Origin: a virus
Direction: 5' to 3' (one strand)
IMG/VR virus record: IMGVR_UViG_3300028534_000015
Location: 3 to 64,002 of that record
Length of the DNA: 64,000 nt
Shown here: one piece after another, positions 27,648-38,030 of the stretch
How the letters are laid out: every line of letters begins with the position of its first letter
How positions within the stretch are numbered: position 1 is the stretch's first letter
Made by a program: the position numbers and the translations under genes
The notes under the pieces: model-generated
Seen by the model: the letters and a program-made list of their open reading frames with translations, nothing else
Told to the model about the DNA's origin: nothing
Databases searched by the model: none

Positions 27648-29246
27648 TTATTTAAATAAAACAGTGTCTAAGTTATCTTTAGGAATAACCGAGTTTCTAG
27701 GAAAAACATCATCTACAATTGTTTTAACTCTGTTCATAAATAGATTTTTTCTATTCTTATCGTATGTAACGTGGTTAGGTATATTTTTACACCAGAACCA
27801 TACATACTCTACAATTATATCTGGATCTTCCCTAAGTCTACCGAGCATTTGTAAATTTTGCTGAATAGAGTCATTCGCTACAAGTGACAATACCCTTATA
27901 AGGTTAGGTATATCTATAGCTTCACCAGCAGATCCTGGTGTGGTGATTATAATATCACTTTCTAGCATATCAATATATGAATCCCCGCCTATATAACGAG
28001 AAACAATTTTCTCATTACCATAATAGTGTTTAAATACTTTTGTTACAATAGTGCACATTTCAATACTTCCAAAGAATAACAAACATTTCTTTTTAGAAAG
28101 TTTTTCATTATTCTTGATGATTGACCAAAAGTATTTGTCAAACCCCCACAGAATCATAGATACAAACTCATACAGTAATCTTCTGTTAGAAATAATAGAT
28201 AATTCAAATGTGGCTTGAGAATAACCATATCCTCCGTTCATATATCTAAATTTCTTAGGTAAGTCTAATTTATAAAGAACACTTCTCGCTTTTGCGTAAA
28301 CATCGATTTTAAGAAATGATAACCTTTTATCGTCTGGATATAGATACCCATAAGTTTCATTTATCCTAGCGTCTTTATGAATTAACGTAGCACTTAAACC
28401 AATTAAAAGAGTTGGATCTAAAGATAAAACTGTTTTATAAATACTATGATATTCTTTATGTGCTTCATCAACAAGAATAACAGATATTCTTAAAATATCT
28501 AGAAGTTTGTCAGGAAAACAACCGTAATTAAAGCAATTTTCAAATTGCATCTCTTCCCAGCTGTTTATATACGACTGCATTGTTTTGGCAGAAAAAACCA
28601 CACATTTAGGAGTTTCTTTTCTTTTTCCTAATTCAATAAGATGGTTTAAACTGTCTCTACCACTTACAACAAAAACATCACTGTCGTCAAGACCGTAAAG
28701 TTTCATTAAATCCTTCTTCCATTTTTTAACGAAGTTGGCTTTAACTAAAACAGCCATTCTTAAACCTAATTTAGCTATTGTACTAGCTGATATAAATGTT
28801 TTACCTTTACCTGTCTGTAAATCTACAAGGAATGTTGTATTCTCATGTAGCTTTTTAGACATAACATCTATGTATTTTTTTTGATAAGGTCTAGGTGTCA
28901 TATCAACACCCATGCCAATATTTACCTTAAACCGCTTAGGTTTTTCATGCTCGATAACTTCAAACATGTTTCTTCCAATACCTATTTCACTAATAAATTT
29001 TACGAATTTATCCAATGCTGTTTTAGGATAGATATAAAAACCTAAGTGAACATTTTGAACAACAAAAAGTTTATCAGGTACAAGAATTGTTCTAAAAAAC
29101 GATTTTCTACCTCGACCTTTAGATCGAACTCTATCTTTTCTATAAGTAATAAACTCTTTATTAAAATCTTTTAGAGCTTTTTTAAATTCTTCATTTTTAG
29201 GAAAGACCTTAAAATTTTGTCTCCCTATTTCTAATGTAAAGAGCAT
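27648..29246 (-). CDS. UvsW-like SF2 helicase (phiKZ gp75-like)
   Basis: PRPYQ, QTGKGKT, LVDEAH, LSAT, GEAIDIPNL, QMLGRLR; position after the nvRNAP beta' gene. Confidence 0.85.
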   Translation of the reverse strand: MLFTLEIGRQNFKVFPKNEEFKKALKDFNKEFITYRKDRVRSKGRGRKSFFRTILVPDKLFVVQNVHLGFYIYPKTALDKFVKFISEIGIGRNMFEVIEHEKPKRFKVNIGMGVDMTPRPYQKKYIDVMSKKLHENTTFLVDLQTGKGKTFISASTIAKLGLRMAVLVKANFVKKWKKDLMKLYGLDDSDVFVVSGRDSLNHLIELGKRKETPKCVVFSAKTMQSYINSWEEMQFENCFNYGCFPDKLLDILRISVILVDEAHKEYHSIYKTVLSLDPTLLIGLSATLIHKDARINETYGYLYPDDKRLSFLKIDVYAKARSVLYKLDLPKKFRYMNGGYGYSQATFELSIISNRRLLYEFVSMILWGFDKYFWSIIKNNEKLSKKKCLLFFGSIEMCTIVTKVFKHYYGNEKIVSRYIGGDSYIDMLESDIIITTPGSAGEAIDIPNLIRVLSLVANDSIQQNLQMLGRLREDPDIIVEYVWFWCKNIPNHVTYDKNRKNLFMNRVKTIVDDVFPRNSVIPKDNLDTVLFK

Positions 29247-29318
29247 TCTTTTAGCCCTCCTTCAATAATCATTATAAATATGATATATCGATAAAAATAA
29301 GATGAAAACAAAAAAACA

Positions 29319-29349
29319 TGTATCCTAGCCGTAAACAGGCTAGGATACA
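29319..29349 (-). terminator. Terminator of 29340..30266
   Basis: tgtatcctagcc/ggctaggataca 12-bp stem. Confidence 0.7.
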
Positions 29350-30266
29350 ATAAATGTGTTTATTGAAGCATACAGGTCTCTAAGTTCCAACCACTTCTCT
29401 TGTGATTTAGCTGTAAATACAAGTTTAGTTTTCTTATAAACATTAACATTAGAAGTTGTTTTAAGAAGACTTATAAATATAAGAGGATCGTCAAGAGAAG
29501 CAACAAGCAGATTCTTTAAACCAAGTCCCATAATACTATTTGAGATAATAGTAGAAATAGCTGGAGCTGTTAATCTTGTGATTCTTCCAGATTTCGGTAG
29601 TTCTTTAAATATAAGACTTAACTCATTAAATGTCTCTGTTGGTGTTTTGACATTGACTAAAGTCTCAACAACTTCTTTAGATTCTTTAATACCTACTGTC
29701 ATTTTAGCTGTTAAGACTTCAAGTACGTCTTTACTAGATTCTGGAAACATCATAGACGCAAAATGATATCCTAAAACAATTTTAAGACTTTCTGCATCGT
29801 ATTGGTTTAAACGTAAATCTCCAGAAATAATGTTAGAGAAAACATTTACCATAACTTTACCAATATGGGTAAGTGTATCAGAAGGAATATTTTCATTTAG
29901 ATGGTACGCTGTAAGATCTGTATACATGTTTATAATGTCAAACATTGTATAATCTCTTATGTAAGGTTTTATTTCTTCTGTCTCATGAGGTAGTTTACTC
30001 TTCATGATGTTTCTAATATCAATAAAGAATAGCTTTGTATTACTAAAGCTATTAATTATATAAGGTAGAGGTAGCTGTGGAATTTTTTCTTCATCTTGTA
30101 AAATACCTGTTAAAAATATCTTTTTAACATTTTCAGAATTTTCAAATTCATAATTTAAACCTTTTGTAAAGTTATTCTTATAAAACTCTTTTAAGGTGTC
30201 CTCTATTTTTACTTTAGCTTTGTCTGAAATATTCCAGATAAAATTATTATTAGGAGATGCAATCAT
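29340..30266 (-). CDS. Conserved phiKZ-like protein, possibly virion-associated
   Basis: 308-aa ORF with own late-type motif upstream; IPQLPLPYI..FFIDIR segment. Confidence 0.55.
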   Translation of the reverse strand: MIASPNNNFIWNISDKAKVKIEDTLKEFYKNNFTKGLNYEFENSENVKKIFLTGILQDEEKIPQLPLPYIINSFSNTKLFFIDIRNIMKSKLPHETEEIKPYIRDYTMFDIINMYTDLTAYHLNENIPSDTLTHIGKVMVNVFSNIISGDLRLNQYDAESLKIVLGYHFASMMFPESSKDVLEVLTAKMTVGIKESKEVVETLVNVKTPTETFNELSLIFKELPKSGRITRLTAPAISTIISNSIMGLGLKNLLVASLDDPLIFISLLKTTSNVNVYKKTKLVFTAKSQEKWLELRDLYASINTFIVS

Positions 30267-30309
30267 TTTAATCCTTTATTTTTATTCAATTAAACCAAAA
30301 AAAAACTTC

Positions 30310-30333
30310 ATATAGCGGAACATTCCGCTATAT
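30310..30333 (-). terminator. Terminator of nvRNAP beta' gene
   Basis: atatagcggaa/ttccgctatat stem, U-run on the minus strand. Confidence 0.7.
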
Positions 30334-32349
30334 TTTAAGATATTTTTGTTTAAACTCTAAACGCTTATTGAATTCAGCGATAGATTCATTCGGTTTAAAT
30401 AATCCGTCATAGAGATGAGACGGTTTATCTTTATCAACAAATGATGCAGGTACATTTATTTTATTATGTGCACCATCATATAAAAGTACGCCTGATAATG
30501 AGCGTCTTCCGACTGCGTTATCAAGACTAATCAGCTGCGGATCTTTAGATCCTCTCGCTAAATCGAAATTACCGTTAGGTAAATCTTTAGCCATATATGG
30601 ATAAAGCGTTACAGAAACTGTCGCTATGTTAGCATTAAGCTTCTTGTTAAATAGTCTAAAGACTTTACTTATGAGGTCATCTATAGTTTCTCTAGATTTC
30701 CCACCTTTTAATATACGTCTTTTTCCTATTGTAGATTCAATCTCTTTAACTAATTCGAAGAACGAATAAGATTTGTTTTCTAAGAACAATACTTTATTCT
30801 TCGATCTTAGTTTATCGAGTTTTACAACAACACTTCTTTCTTCCACTGACATATTTTCTAAAATGTATTCTATAAATTTCTTAGATAGAATACCAAACCT
30901 ACCATTCTGTTTTATATTAAGCGTGTAAAACTTCTCATTTCCGAACTCATCGTTATACCAAAGTATCATCTCTTCTATTCTGGATAGTTTCTCTTCTGAT
31001 ATATTAGAGATAGTTTTCTTATCTTTAATTGTCATAAGAGGTCTTACTGAATCTACAGTCAAGTGTAATGTATGATTTGCTCCTTTCTTTAACCATGAGT
31101 CTTTGAATGAATAAACTCCTTTGTCATTTACATCGAATATTTCAAGCGTATCGTTATCAAATACAAGTGACTGAGTTCCTGCTGAACCCATATGGTGTTT
31201 TGTACTTAACAACGCTTGTGATGCTGCTTGTGACATATTAGCACTTAATAGTGTTCCTATGTTTGCATTAAATGGTATATTGTGTGATAAACCACCTAGA
31301 CATGTAGAACATACACTATGTTTGTCTTTAAGTTTACATTTTGTCACATTTCTTAGGAGGATCTTTTTACCTATGAGATGTTTGTCATTTTCAGTGATGA
31401 TCTTAAGATCTTTCTCCAACAGCGTTTCTTTATAGTATGCACCAACGAGATTAGGTAAGTCACCTTTGTAATCGTCAGACGGTCCTTCAACATACCATTC
31501 TAAGTAATCAGTACTTCCGCAATCTCCAGGAAACACATCTCTTACAAATGACCCGACAATTTGTAACTTTCTACCAAGTGTTTCAGATTTTTTAATCGAT
31601 TCCGTACTGGCTGTAAGCGCGAACGCTGCGGTTCTACTTTCAACACCTAAATAATAAAGGTTATTCATTCCTTCAGCAAATGATCTCGTGATAGGGTATT
31701 TGAAAATAGAGCTGTCAATCTCTACACAAAACCCTCTTAAACCGATCATTTGCATGATTTGGTTTTTGTTACCAATTCCAGAAACAAAAAGTTTTTTAAG
31801 TCCGTTATCATGAGAGATATCATCAGAATGAATTACTTTTGATATTTCATCATAAACGGTTTGAATTTCTTTTTGTGTAGATGTTGGTTTAAGTTTTGAT
31901 TTAGCTAATTTAATCCTAGGGTGTTTTGTGATTTCGATTATATCGAAACTACTTATACCATACATACCAGAAGCCATACCTGTTTCAAGTTCGTTGTAAA
32001 TTTCATTCGTTATATCTAACACAAGGGTATGGAATCTGTCATTTAGTTCTTGTAGTTTTGTGTTATGAATACCTATTTCACTGACAATATCTCTACCAAT
32101 CCTACTAAATGCTTTATTTATACTTCCACCATCTGGAGCGTTGTTAACGTAGAAATTTGTTACACTGTAATCGCTCTTTATAGGTAATTTTGATCCAAAT
32201 CTATCTATGATAGAAAGTACAAAACTGTTTATAACAGCAGATCCGCCTACCATGGGTATTACTTTACCGTCTTCAAACTTTACATCGATAAAATCATCAA
32301 CATTTAATAGCTCGAATCTCTTATCGATGACTTCTCTAATAGTTAACAC
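30328..32349 (-). CDS. rpoC: Non-virion RNA polymerase beta' C-terminal subunit (phiKZ gp74-like)
   Basis: QMIGLRG, GMNNLY..ESR, GDCGS, VCSTCLG zinc site, SQALLSTKHH trigger-loop region. Confidence 0.9.
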   Translation of the reverse strand: MLTIREVIDKRFELLNVDDFIDVKFEDGKVIPMVGGSAVINSFVLSIIDRFGSKLPIKSDYSVTNFYVNNAPDGGSINKAFSRIGRDIVSEIGIHNTKLQELNDRFHTLVLDITNEIYNELETGMASGMYGISSFDIIEITKHPRIKLAKSKLKPTSTQKEIQTVYDEISKVIHSDDISHDNGLKKLFVSGIGNKNQIMQMIGLRGFCVEIDSSIFKYPITRSFAEGMNNLYYLGVESRTAAFALTASTESIKKSETLGRKLQIVGSFVRDVFPGDCGSTDYLEWYVEGPSDDYKGDLPNLVGAYYKETLLEKDLKIITENDKHLIGKKILLRNVTKCKLKDKHSVCSTCLGGLSHNIPFNANIGTLLSANMSQAASQALLSTKHHMGSAGTQSLVFDNDTLEIFDVNDKGVYSFKDSWLKKGANHTLHLTVDSVRPLMTIKDKKTISNISEEKLSRIEEMILWYNDEFGNEKFYTLNIKQNGRFGILSKKFIEYILENMSVEERSVVVKLDKLRSKNKVLFLENKSYSFFELVKEIESTIGKRRILKGGKSRETIDDLISKVFRLFNKKLNANIATVSVTLYPYMAKDLPNGNFDLARGSKDPQLISLDNAVGRRSLSGVLLYDGAHNKINVPASFVDKDKPSHLYDGLFKPNESIAEFNKRLEFKQKYLKI

Positions 32350-32362
32350 TATTTCTCCTTTT

Positions 32363-34531
32363 CTAATCTAAAATATCTTCTAGATCTTCTTTATGTGCAA
32401 TCTCAACACCACCAATACCTATGATTTCTTCCATAACAGTTAACGGTTTATCATCTTTATACGGTCCTGGATTGATTCGTTTGATGTCAAACGGATCTTC
32501 TGCTGTTACAATTTTACCACAAATTCTTTTATGTGTGTAGATATTTACAGATCTATTACGTAAATCTGCAAATCCTTCAGGACCAACATATGCATGACTT
32601 AACCTACTTTCAGCTTCTCCGTGTTTTACAGGATTTGGAGAAAACGGAAAACGTGTTCTCTCTGCTTTTGAATTACTTGTAGGAACACCGAAATGATTAA
32701 CATGTGCGGAATTAGTAGCGAGCCACGAATCACCTATCTTACTTAGAACTAACATATATGTAGTAATAACCTCAATAGGTGATTCAGTCGTCTCCCATTT
32801 ACCTCTAATATTATAACGTAAAGGTTTAGGAGGTATGAAATATACAGAGTTTCTAATTCTTTCAATCATTTCGTCTTTAGGTATTTTACTGTCCATAGGA
32901 ACAATAAATCTAAATCCTTTATGAATAATTTCCTGAAGAACTTCTATTTTTTCTTCATAAGTTGCATTTTTCCAGATCTGATAGTCCTGCAACTCTAGAA
33001 GTTTGATGAGATCTATTAGGAACTCATATTCTTTCAAGAAGAAGTTTTTATGTTTCTTCTTAAACTTAGAAATGTTAAAGAGATCTATGTTTTCACGTAA
33101 ACATTTCTCTTTAAATCGCTCACCAAGTGTTTTCTGAAGATATCCAATCGTTCCATTAAAGATAACTCCCGGGTTCATCCTACCTGCTATAGATTTAGCT
33201 TCCATAATGTAGTCAAGTCCGTTGAGATATTCGTCAGGAACAACGCCACCGATAACACCTTTGTTACCATACAGTCCTGTTACTTTCATACCTTTTTTAA
33301 GTGTGTGTGTGAACTCAACAACAATCTTAACATAGTATAGATCTAACTTATCAAGTCCTTTTGTTTTAACAATGGATTCGTCTAAAATAGATCTAAAATA
33401 GACTGCTTCATTATGAAGCTTGTGCGAAAGAGGAATTCCTTTATAGTCTCTCTTTATTTTGTCTATTGTTTCAACAAACTGTTTCGCGTAAGCTTTATAT
33501 GCATTTGCATACTTTTCTAACTGTCCAAAAGCGTCATGATGCGAGGCAACTTTTTTACCCTTTGGGTTCTTTAAGACAATAATGTCAACAACTTTACCTT
33601 TAGGTTTATTGACATTATAAAGTCTATCAAATTCAGGATCAAGACATTGTAAGTGAGCATTACTATATGTTGAAATGTAATGCCCGGCAGAACCTATTTT
33701 AGAATCAGTCCCGTCACTTTTAAATGTACTTGGTGGTAATGATCGTGTCGCAAAAACAACCGTGTCATCTATAATCTCACCTAAGTCAGGAAAGACTTTA
33801 TAATTTTCATCGTCGCCAAATGCATTTAATGGTATGTTGTTATACCCTGTCATACCTTCAATTGTTTGGTATGTTGTAAACTCTCCTCTTTTACTAAGAG
33901 ATTCTGTAATGATCACAGTATCTTCAGCAACATGTTTATGTGATATAAGAGCGCCTGTTACGTTTAAACCAAACCCTACTTCACCATCACCTTTGTCAGA
34001 ATTTGTTCTTGACAAATATGTCCCAGCTTCTAGAGTATCGCCATATTCAACATCGTCTAATATAGGTTCTGGTTTATGGTTGAAACCAAATTTAGGATTA
34101 TGTTTTTCAATATACGGTATATTCATAAAATCAATCTGGTTGGTTTCTCTGTCGTGATAAATCACGATTTTTTCACAAACAGTGTTGATTCCGTCTTTAT
34201 ATGGTGAATAATATCTATCTATAATAGAAAGTATCGTACTGTCATGTGGAAGTCTTCGCGAGAATAGTGTCTCACCAAAATCATGCTCTAAACCACTTAG
34301 TGTGATAGGCGGTTCAGAGTTTTTAAGTGTTGAAACATACTGACCGAAGAACCCAAAGAACATAGCGTATCTTGACGATGAAACATTTTCTCCAAAGTTC
34401 GCCATACCTGAAAAACCTAAGTAGCGTTTATTAAGTTTAACAACGTCTAAAAGTTCTTCGAAAGATAAATCTTCCAACGGTCTTTTGTTTTTTGCCATAG
34501 TATCTCCTTTTTTATTATACAAATAATACAT
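32363..34531 (-). CDS. rpoB: Non-virion RNA polymerase beta C-terminal subunit (phiKZ gp71-73-like), uninterrupted
   Basis: SSSRYAMF, AEDTVIITES, GMKVTGLYGNKGVI, GRMNPG, HGEAE motifs. Confidence 0.92.
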   Translation of the reverse strand: MYYLYNKKGDTMAKNKRPLEDLSFEELLDVVKLNKRYLGFSGMANFGENVSSSRYAMFFGFFGQYVSTLKNSEPPITLSGLEHDFGETLFSRRLPHDSTILSIIDRYYSPYKDGINTVCEKIVIYHDRETNQIDFMNIPYIEKHNPKFGFNHKPEPILDDVEYGDTLEAGTYLSRTNSDKGDGEVGFGLNVTGALISHKHVAEDTVIITESLSKRGEFTTYQTIEGMTGYNNIPLNAFGDDENYKVFPDLGEIIDDTVVFATRSLPPSTFKSDGTDSKIGSAGHYISTYSNAHLQCLDPEFDRLYNVNKPKGKVVDIIVLKNPKGKKVASHHDAFGQLEKYANAYKAYAKQFVETIDKIKRDYKGIPLSHKLHNEAVYFRSILDESIVKTKGLDKLDLYYVKIVVEFTHTLKKGMKVTGLYGNKGVIGGVVPDEYLNGLDYIMEAKSIAGRMNPGVIFNGTIGYLQKTLGERFKEKCLRENIDLFNISKFKKKHKNFFLKEYEFLIDLIKLLELQDYQIWKNATYEEKIEVLQEIIHKGFRFIVPMDSKIPKDEMIERIRNSVYFIPPKPLRYNIRGKWETTESPIEVITTYMLVLSKIGDSWLATNSAHVNHFGVPTSNSKAERTRFPFSPNPVKHGEAESRLSHAYVGPEGFADLRNRSVNIYTHKRICGKIVTAEDPFDIKRINPGPYKDDKPLTVMEEIIGIGGVEIAHKEDLEDILD

Positions 34532-34598
34532 ATAAGATCATTTTTTATTATCTTATAGTATGAATATAATATATTAATAAAACAAAAAGGATATCAAA

Positions 34599-34928
34599 AT
34601 GCCGTTACCATCGACAGATTGGAAAGTTAGTATAGAAAATGTTAATCCTTTTGAGTCCGTTTTAGAGCAAAATATTTATGCTGTATCTGTGCTTAAAAAT
34701 GTAACATATGACAAAAAAGTCGATCCTATTGATACAGTTAGGTTTAAAGCATCGTTTCAAGAATTATTGAGTGAGTTAGAGAACTTACCTAATTGGTTAT
34801 GTTACCTAACTACATTAGCAAATGGTTTAAATTCTTATTTCGATTTTACAACAGAAACAGACACAATAAAGTTGATAGACGATAGTAAAATATCAGCAAT
34901 CAAGAATTTACAAACAGCGTTTAAATAA
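34599..34928 (+). CDS. Hypothetical protein
   Basis: 109-aa ORF with AAGGA SD. Confidence 0.6.
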   Translation: MPLPSTDWKVSIENVNPFESVLEQNIYAVSVLKNVTYDKKVDPIDTVRFKASFQELLSELENLPNWLCYLTTLANGLNSYFDFTTETDTIKLIDDSKISAIKNLQTAFK

Positions 34929-34941
34929 AAAAGAAAATGAT

Positions 34942-34971
34942 ACTACAGTGGAGATTACTCTCCACTGTAGT
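34942..34971. terminator. Bidirectional terminator
   Basis: actacagtggaga/tctccactgtagt 13-bp stem between convergent genes. Confidence 0.75.
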
Positions 34972-34973
34972 TT

Positions 34974-36509
34974 TTACCAAGGCGGTCTATTATTTAAAAT
35001 AACAGGCTGACCAGATCTAGGGTCGATATGAATTCTTCTATTTGGATCGTACAATAGTTTTGCAGGTTCGTCAATAAGTAAACCAGATCTAGGATCTTGT
35101 TTCATTAATCTCGGATCCATTGTCGGCATTGAAACTTGTTGTCCTGTAGCGACACCACCGCCAAAAACTCCTGACCGTTTCTGTTTTTCTGAAACGTATC
35201 CTGTTGGTTCAGGTTGTCCGTATCCTGCTCCGTACACAGGTTGCTGCATATAACCAGCATTAGGATCTACATATGGTTGTCCGTACGCTGTAGGTTGAAT
35301 AGCTGTATTGTATGGATCAACAACCCCATAAGGGTTTACTGGCTGTCCGTACTGTGCTACTACGGGCTGTCCATATGGATCTGTATACTGCGGCGCATTA
35401 GGTGAAATACGATGTTTCTCATAAGTCATCGCCTGCGATTTTACGTTAGATACATTAGGAGACGATGTAACTTTATTAGTTTGTGTCTTAAAGTCAGTTG
35501 TCGAAGACTTCTGTGCGCTTTTAAATATTTCTTCTAAAAGTTTATCTCTGTCTTCATGCTGAACATCATTTTGTATTTGTTGCTGCGACTGATCGGTGTT
35601 TGTATTGTCTGCTTCTTCATGAACAACACCATCTTCTGTTTCTGATGGTAATGATTTAGCCTCGTATGAAAACTTTTCAAAGTCTAAGTCATTCAGCGTT
35701 ACTTTGACGTCAGTGATTATCATCTTAGATACATTTTCGTCAATGACTTTTAACGATTTGCCAAGATTATTGATCTGTGTTAAAAGTTTTAACCAACCTT
35801 TAACAATGACCATGAACGTAGCGCTTATTCCGTTGTTACTTACAGCAATGACAGATTTTCTATCTGTTACTATTTCATACGCGTATGTTCCGACGATTTT
35901 CAATAGTGCTTTATCCACAGCTCTTAACTGTCCTAACCCGCAATCTTCATAGTTATCGAGAAAAGGACTATTGACAACAAATCCTCTTCTATATGTTTCT
36001 TTTTCGTATTCGATACCTTTCTTAAATGTAACAGAAGCAAAACGACATGAACGTTTTTCCATCACTACATCTTGAACTTTCTTATAGATCTTCATAAAGT
36101 TATCGTCAAATAACTTTACTCGTCCTTTCTTTGCGTTTTCTACGAAGATATGAAAATCAGATACAACTTTAGGTACGTCTTTAAGATTATTTCTGTAAGA
36201 CTCTATCAGCATTAAATTAATAAGAATGAGTTTATAGTTTAATGTTGATTCTATCGTTTTTCTTAAGTACTTCGTAGCCGCACTGTCCTGTTTTATTAAA
36301 TTCTCATTCAACGGATTGAAAACCTCATAACGTGAAACCATCGCTCCGGATTGATCCGGTTCAAAAAGATTCTCACAAATCTTTTTTGTAGGTATTACAA
36401 ATGGTTTACCATTAATAGTAACCTGAACATCTCTGTTATAAATAAAACCGTCTTTTACAGTAAGACCTAACGTTTCTATAAAACGCTTTAAAAAGTCTAA
36501 ATATTGCAT
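34974..36509 (-). CDS. phiKZ gp70-like core protein with low-complexity Q/P/Y/G C-terminal tail
   Basis: FNPLNENLIKQDS motif; position between the PicA-like and nvRNAP beta genes. Confidence 0.7.
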   Translation of the reverse strand: MQYLDFLKRFIETLGLTVKDGFIYNRDVQVTINGKPFVIPTKKICENLFEPDQSGAMVSRYEVFNPLNENLIKQDSAATKYLRKTIESTLNYKLILINLMLIESYRNNLKDVPKVVSDFHIFVENAKKGRVKLFDDNFMKIYKKVQDVVMEKRSCRFASVTFKKGIEYEKETYRRGFVVNSPFLDNYEDCGLGQLRAVDKALLKIVGTYAYEIVTDRKSVIAVSNNGISATFMVIVKGWLKLLTQINNLGKSLKVIDENVSKMIITDVKVTLNDLDFEKFSYEAKSLPSETEDGVVHEEADNTNTDQSQQQIQNDVQHEDRDKLLEEIFKSAQKSSTTDFKTQTNKVTSSPNVSNVKSQAMTYEKHRISPNAPQYTDPYGQPVVAQYGQPVNPYGVVDPYNTAIQPTAYGQPYVDPNAGYMQQPVYGAGYGQPEPTGYVSEKQKRSGVFGGGVATGQQVSMPTMDPRLMKQDPRSGLLIDEPAKLLYDPNRRIHIDPRSGQPVILNNRPPW

Positions 36510-36518
36510 TGTTTTCCT

Positions 36519-38030
36519 TTAAAAATTTGTAACTAGGGAAATTGTTTTAGCCCAGTCATTTAGTTCTGTTTCAGCAAAGTTTGGTCTTGTTATTGCTGGG
36601 TTATATGTTCCTGATGCGAATGTAGGGAATGGGAAGATTTCAGGTACTGGATTCATTTCATCAGGAAACGTAATCCCTATTCTTGATTCATTTAGTTTGT
36701 CATAATAACAAACTATCTCAAATGATTTATCAGGATTTCCAAGTGTAACTAATGGCACTATTAGTGCGTTAATCAATGAACCTATAGCGTCAAATACACT
36801 TTTTACTTGGCTAGGATGAAAAGTGAATACAGGGTTCTTAGGTTCACTCAAAGGTTTGAATCCAAAAACTCTTGATTTATAAGAGAATGAAAAACCTAAT
36901 GAGTAAATAGAACGGGTTTCCATAATAGGACCAAGTGCTTCTGCTAACGTTGAGGCAATTCTAGCTTTGTCTGTAGCTTGTGCTAAATCAGACCCTTCAC
37001 TGAACATAAAGTCGCTGTTAACGTCTCGCATAGATCTAATATCTGAAGATAGTTTCTTAGGGTCTGTTAAGTGGCACACGTTAGAAAAACCAGGAAGTAA
37101 TGACCTTACAACATCTTTCATAAAGAATTGATTTGTGATAAAACCATAAATTTCAGAAAGACCCTGAATGAACTCAACGGATTCTATTTGAAACTCACTT
37201 ATTCTAGACGTCATATTTGAATAGATATTAGTTTTAGGTCTATTCGGGTCTGTCATCTGCGAGTCAATTAGTGTTTTAGATTCGATGGCTTTTGTCATGA
37301 TAGTTGACACTACATTAGTAGGGTTGCTATTAACTGTCGCTGTTTCGTTTAGGTTATTCTCTACAGTAGAAGAATAATCTTTAATAGAAACATCTTGGTA
37401 TCGTGTCTTATAAAATAAGTTCGATGCAATATCTGTTGGTCTCATCACACGTAAGTCACTTCTATCGAGTGTAAACTTACTTGTTCCCGTTAATGGATCA
37501 TGAACAATTACAAATGACCTAGGTGGTGTAGATACTTCTCTTGTATGTCCATCTGTTGTTACAACGTTAGATGTCTCAACACGAATTCTATTAATTGTAT
37601 GCTGATTGTTTGGGTCAGGAATTAATCTTCCGTTATGAACGATGTGACCTGTATGTTCTGTATATCCTTCGATGATATTTTTGGATACTTTTGTAACAAT
37701 ACCATTAACGCGTGTTACTACAATTAGAAGAATAATAAAACCAAACCTCTTTTGTTTCCATCCATTTTTGATTTGAATAGCCATATCTGGAGCAGCATTC
37801 ATCCCATATAAACTAGGACAATTTCTTGCTACGTCTACATTTGATAAATTAATCCCTTTCTCGTCTATCGCATTCGCTAAGCCATTTAGCGATTGAGCTG
37901 TAGCGTTGATGTGGAATGATCTTTGTACCATAGTATCTCTTATAAAAAATACGGGATAATAAACTGCTTTAATTACAGCATACTCCTTTTTTTCAACAAT
38001 CTCCCAACCGTTTAATTCCTCGTTATACAT
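36519..38030 (-). CDS. picA: PicA/Imp1-like phage-nucleus protein import factor (phiKZ gp69-like)
   Basis: NGWKQKRFGF and MRPTDI motifs as recalled for gp69 homologs; synteny gp68-gp69-gp70-beta-beta'-helicase. Confidence 0.7.
   Translation of the reverse strand: MYNEELNGWEIVEKKEYAVIKAVYYPVFFIRDTMVQRSFHINATAQSLNGLANAIDEKGINLSNVDVARNCPSLYGMNAAPDMAIQIKNGWKQKRFGFIILLIVVTRVNGIVTKVSKNIIEGYTEHTGHIVHNGRLIPDPNNQHTINRIRVETSNVVTTDGHTREVSTPPRSFVIVHDPLTGTSKFTLDRSDLRVMRPTDIASNLFYKTRYQDVSIKDYSSTVENNLNETATVNSNPTNVVSTIMTKAIESKTLIDSQMTDPNRPKTNIYSNMTSRISEFQIESVEFIQGLSEIYGFITNQFFMKDVVRSLLPGFSNVCHLTDPKKLSSDIRSMRDVNSDFMFSEGSDLAQATDKARIASTLAEALGPIMETRSIYSLGFSFSYKSRVFGFKPLSEPKNPVFTFHPSQVKSVFDAIGSLINALIVPLVTLGNPDKSFEIVCYYDKLNESRIGITFPDEMNPVPEIFPFPTFASGTYNPAITRPNFAETELNDWAKTISLVTNF

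Noticed and set aside
30328-34531. Possible group I introns, homing endonucleases or inteins in nvRNAP genes (present in phiKZ relatives)
   Set aside because: Both ORFs are continuous, of expected size, with no LAGLIDADG/HNH/GIY-YIG or intein motifs
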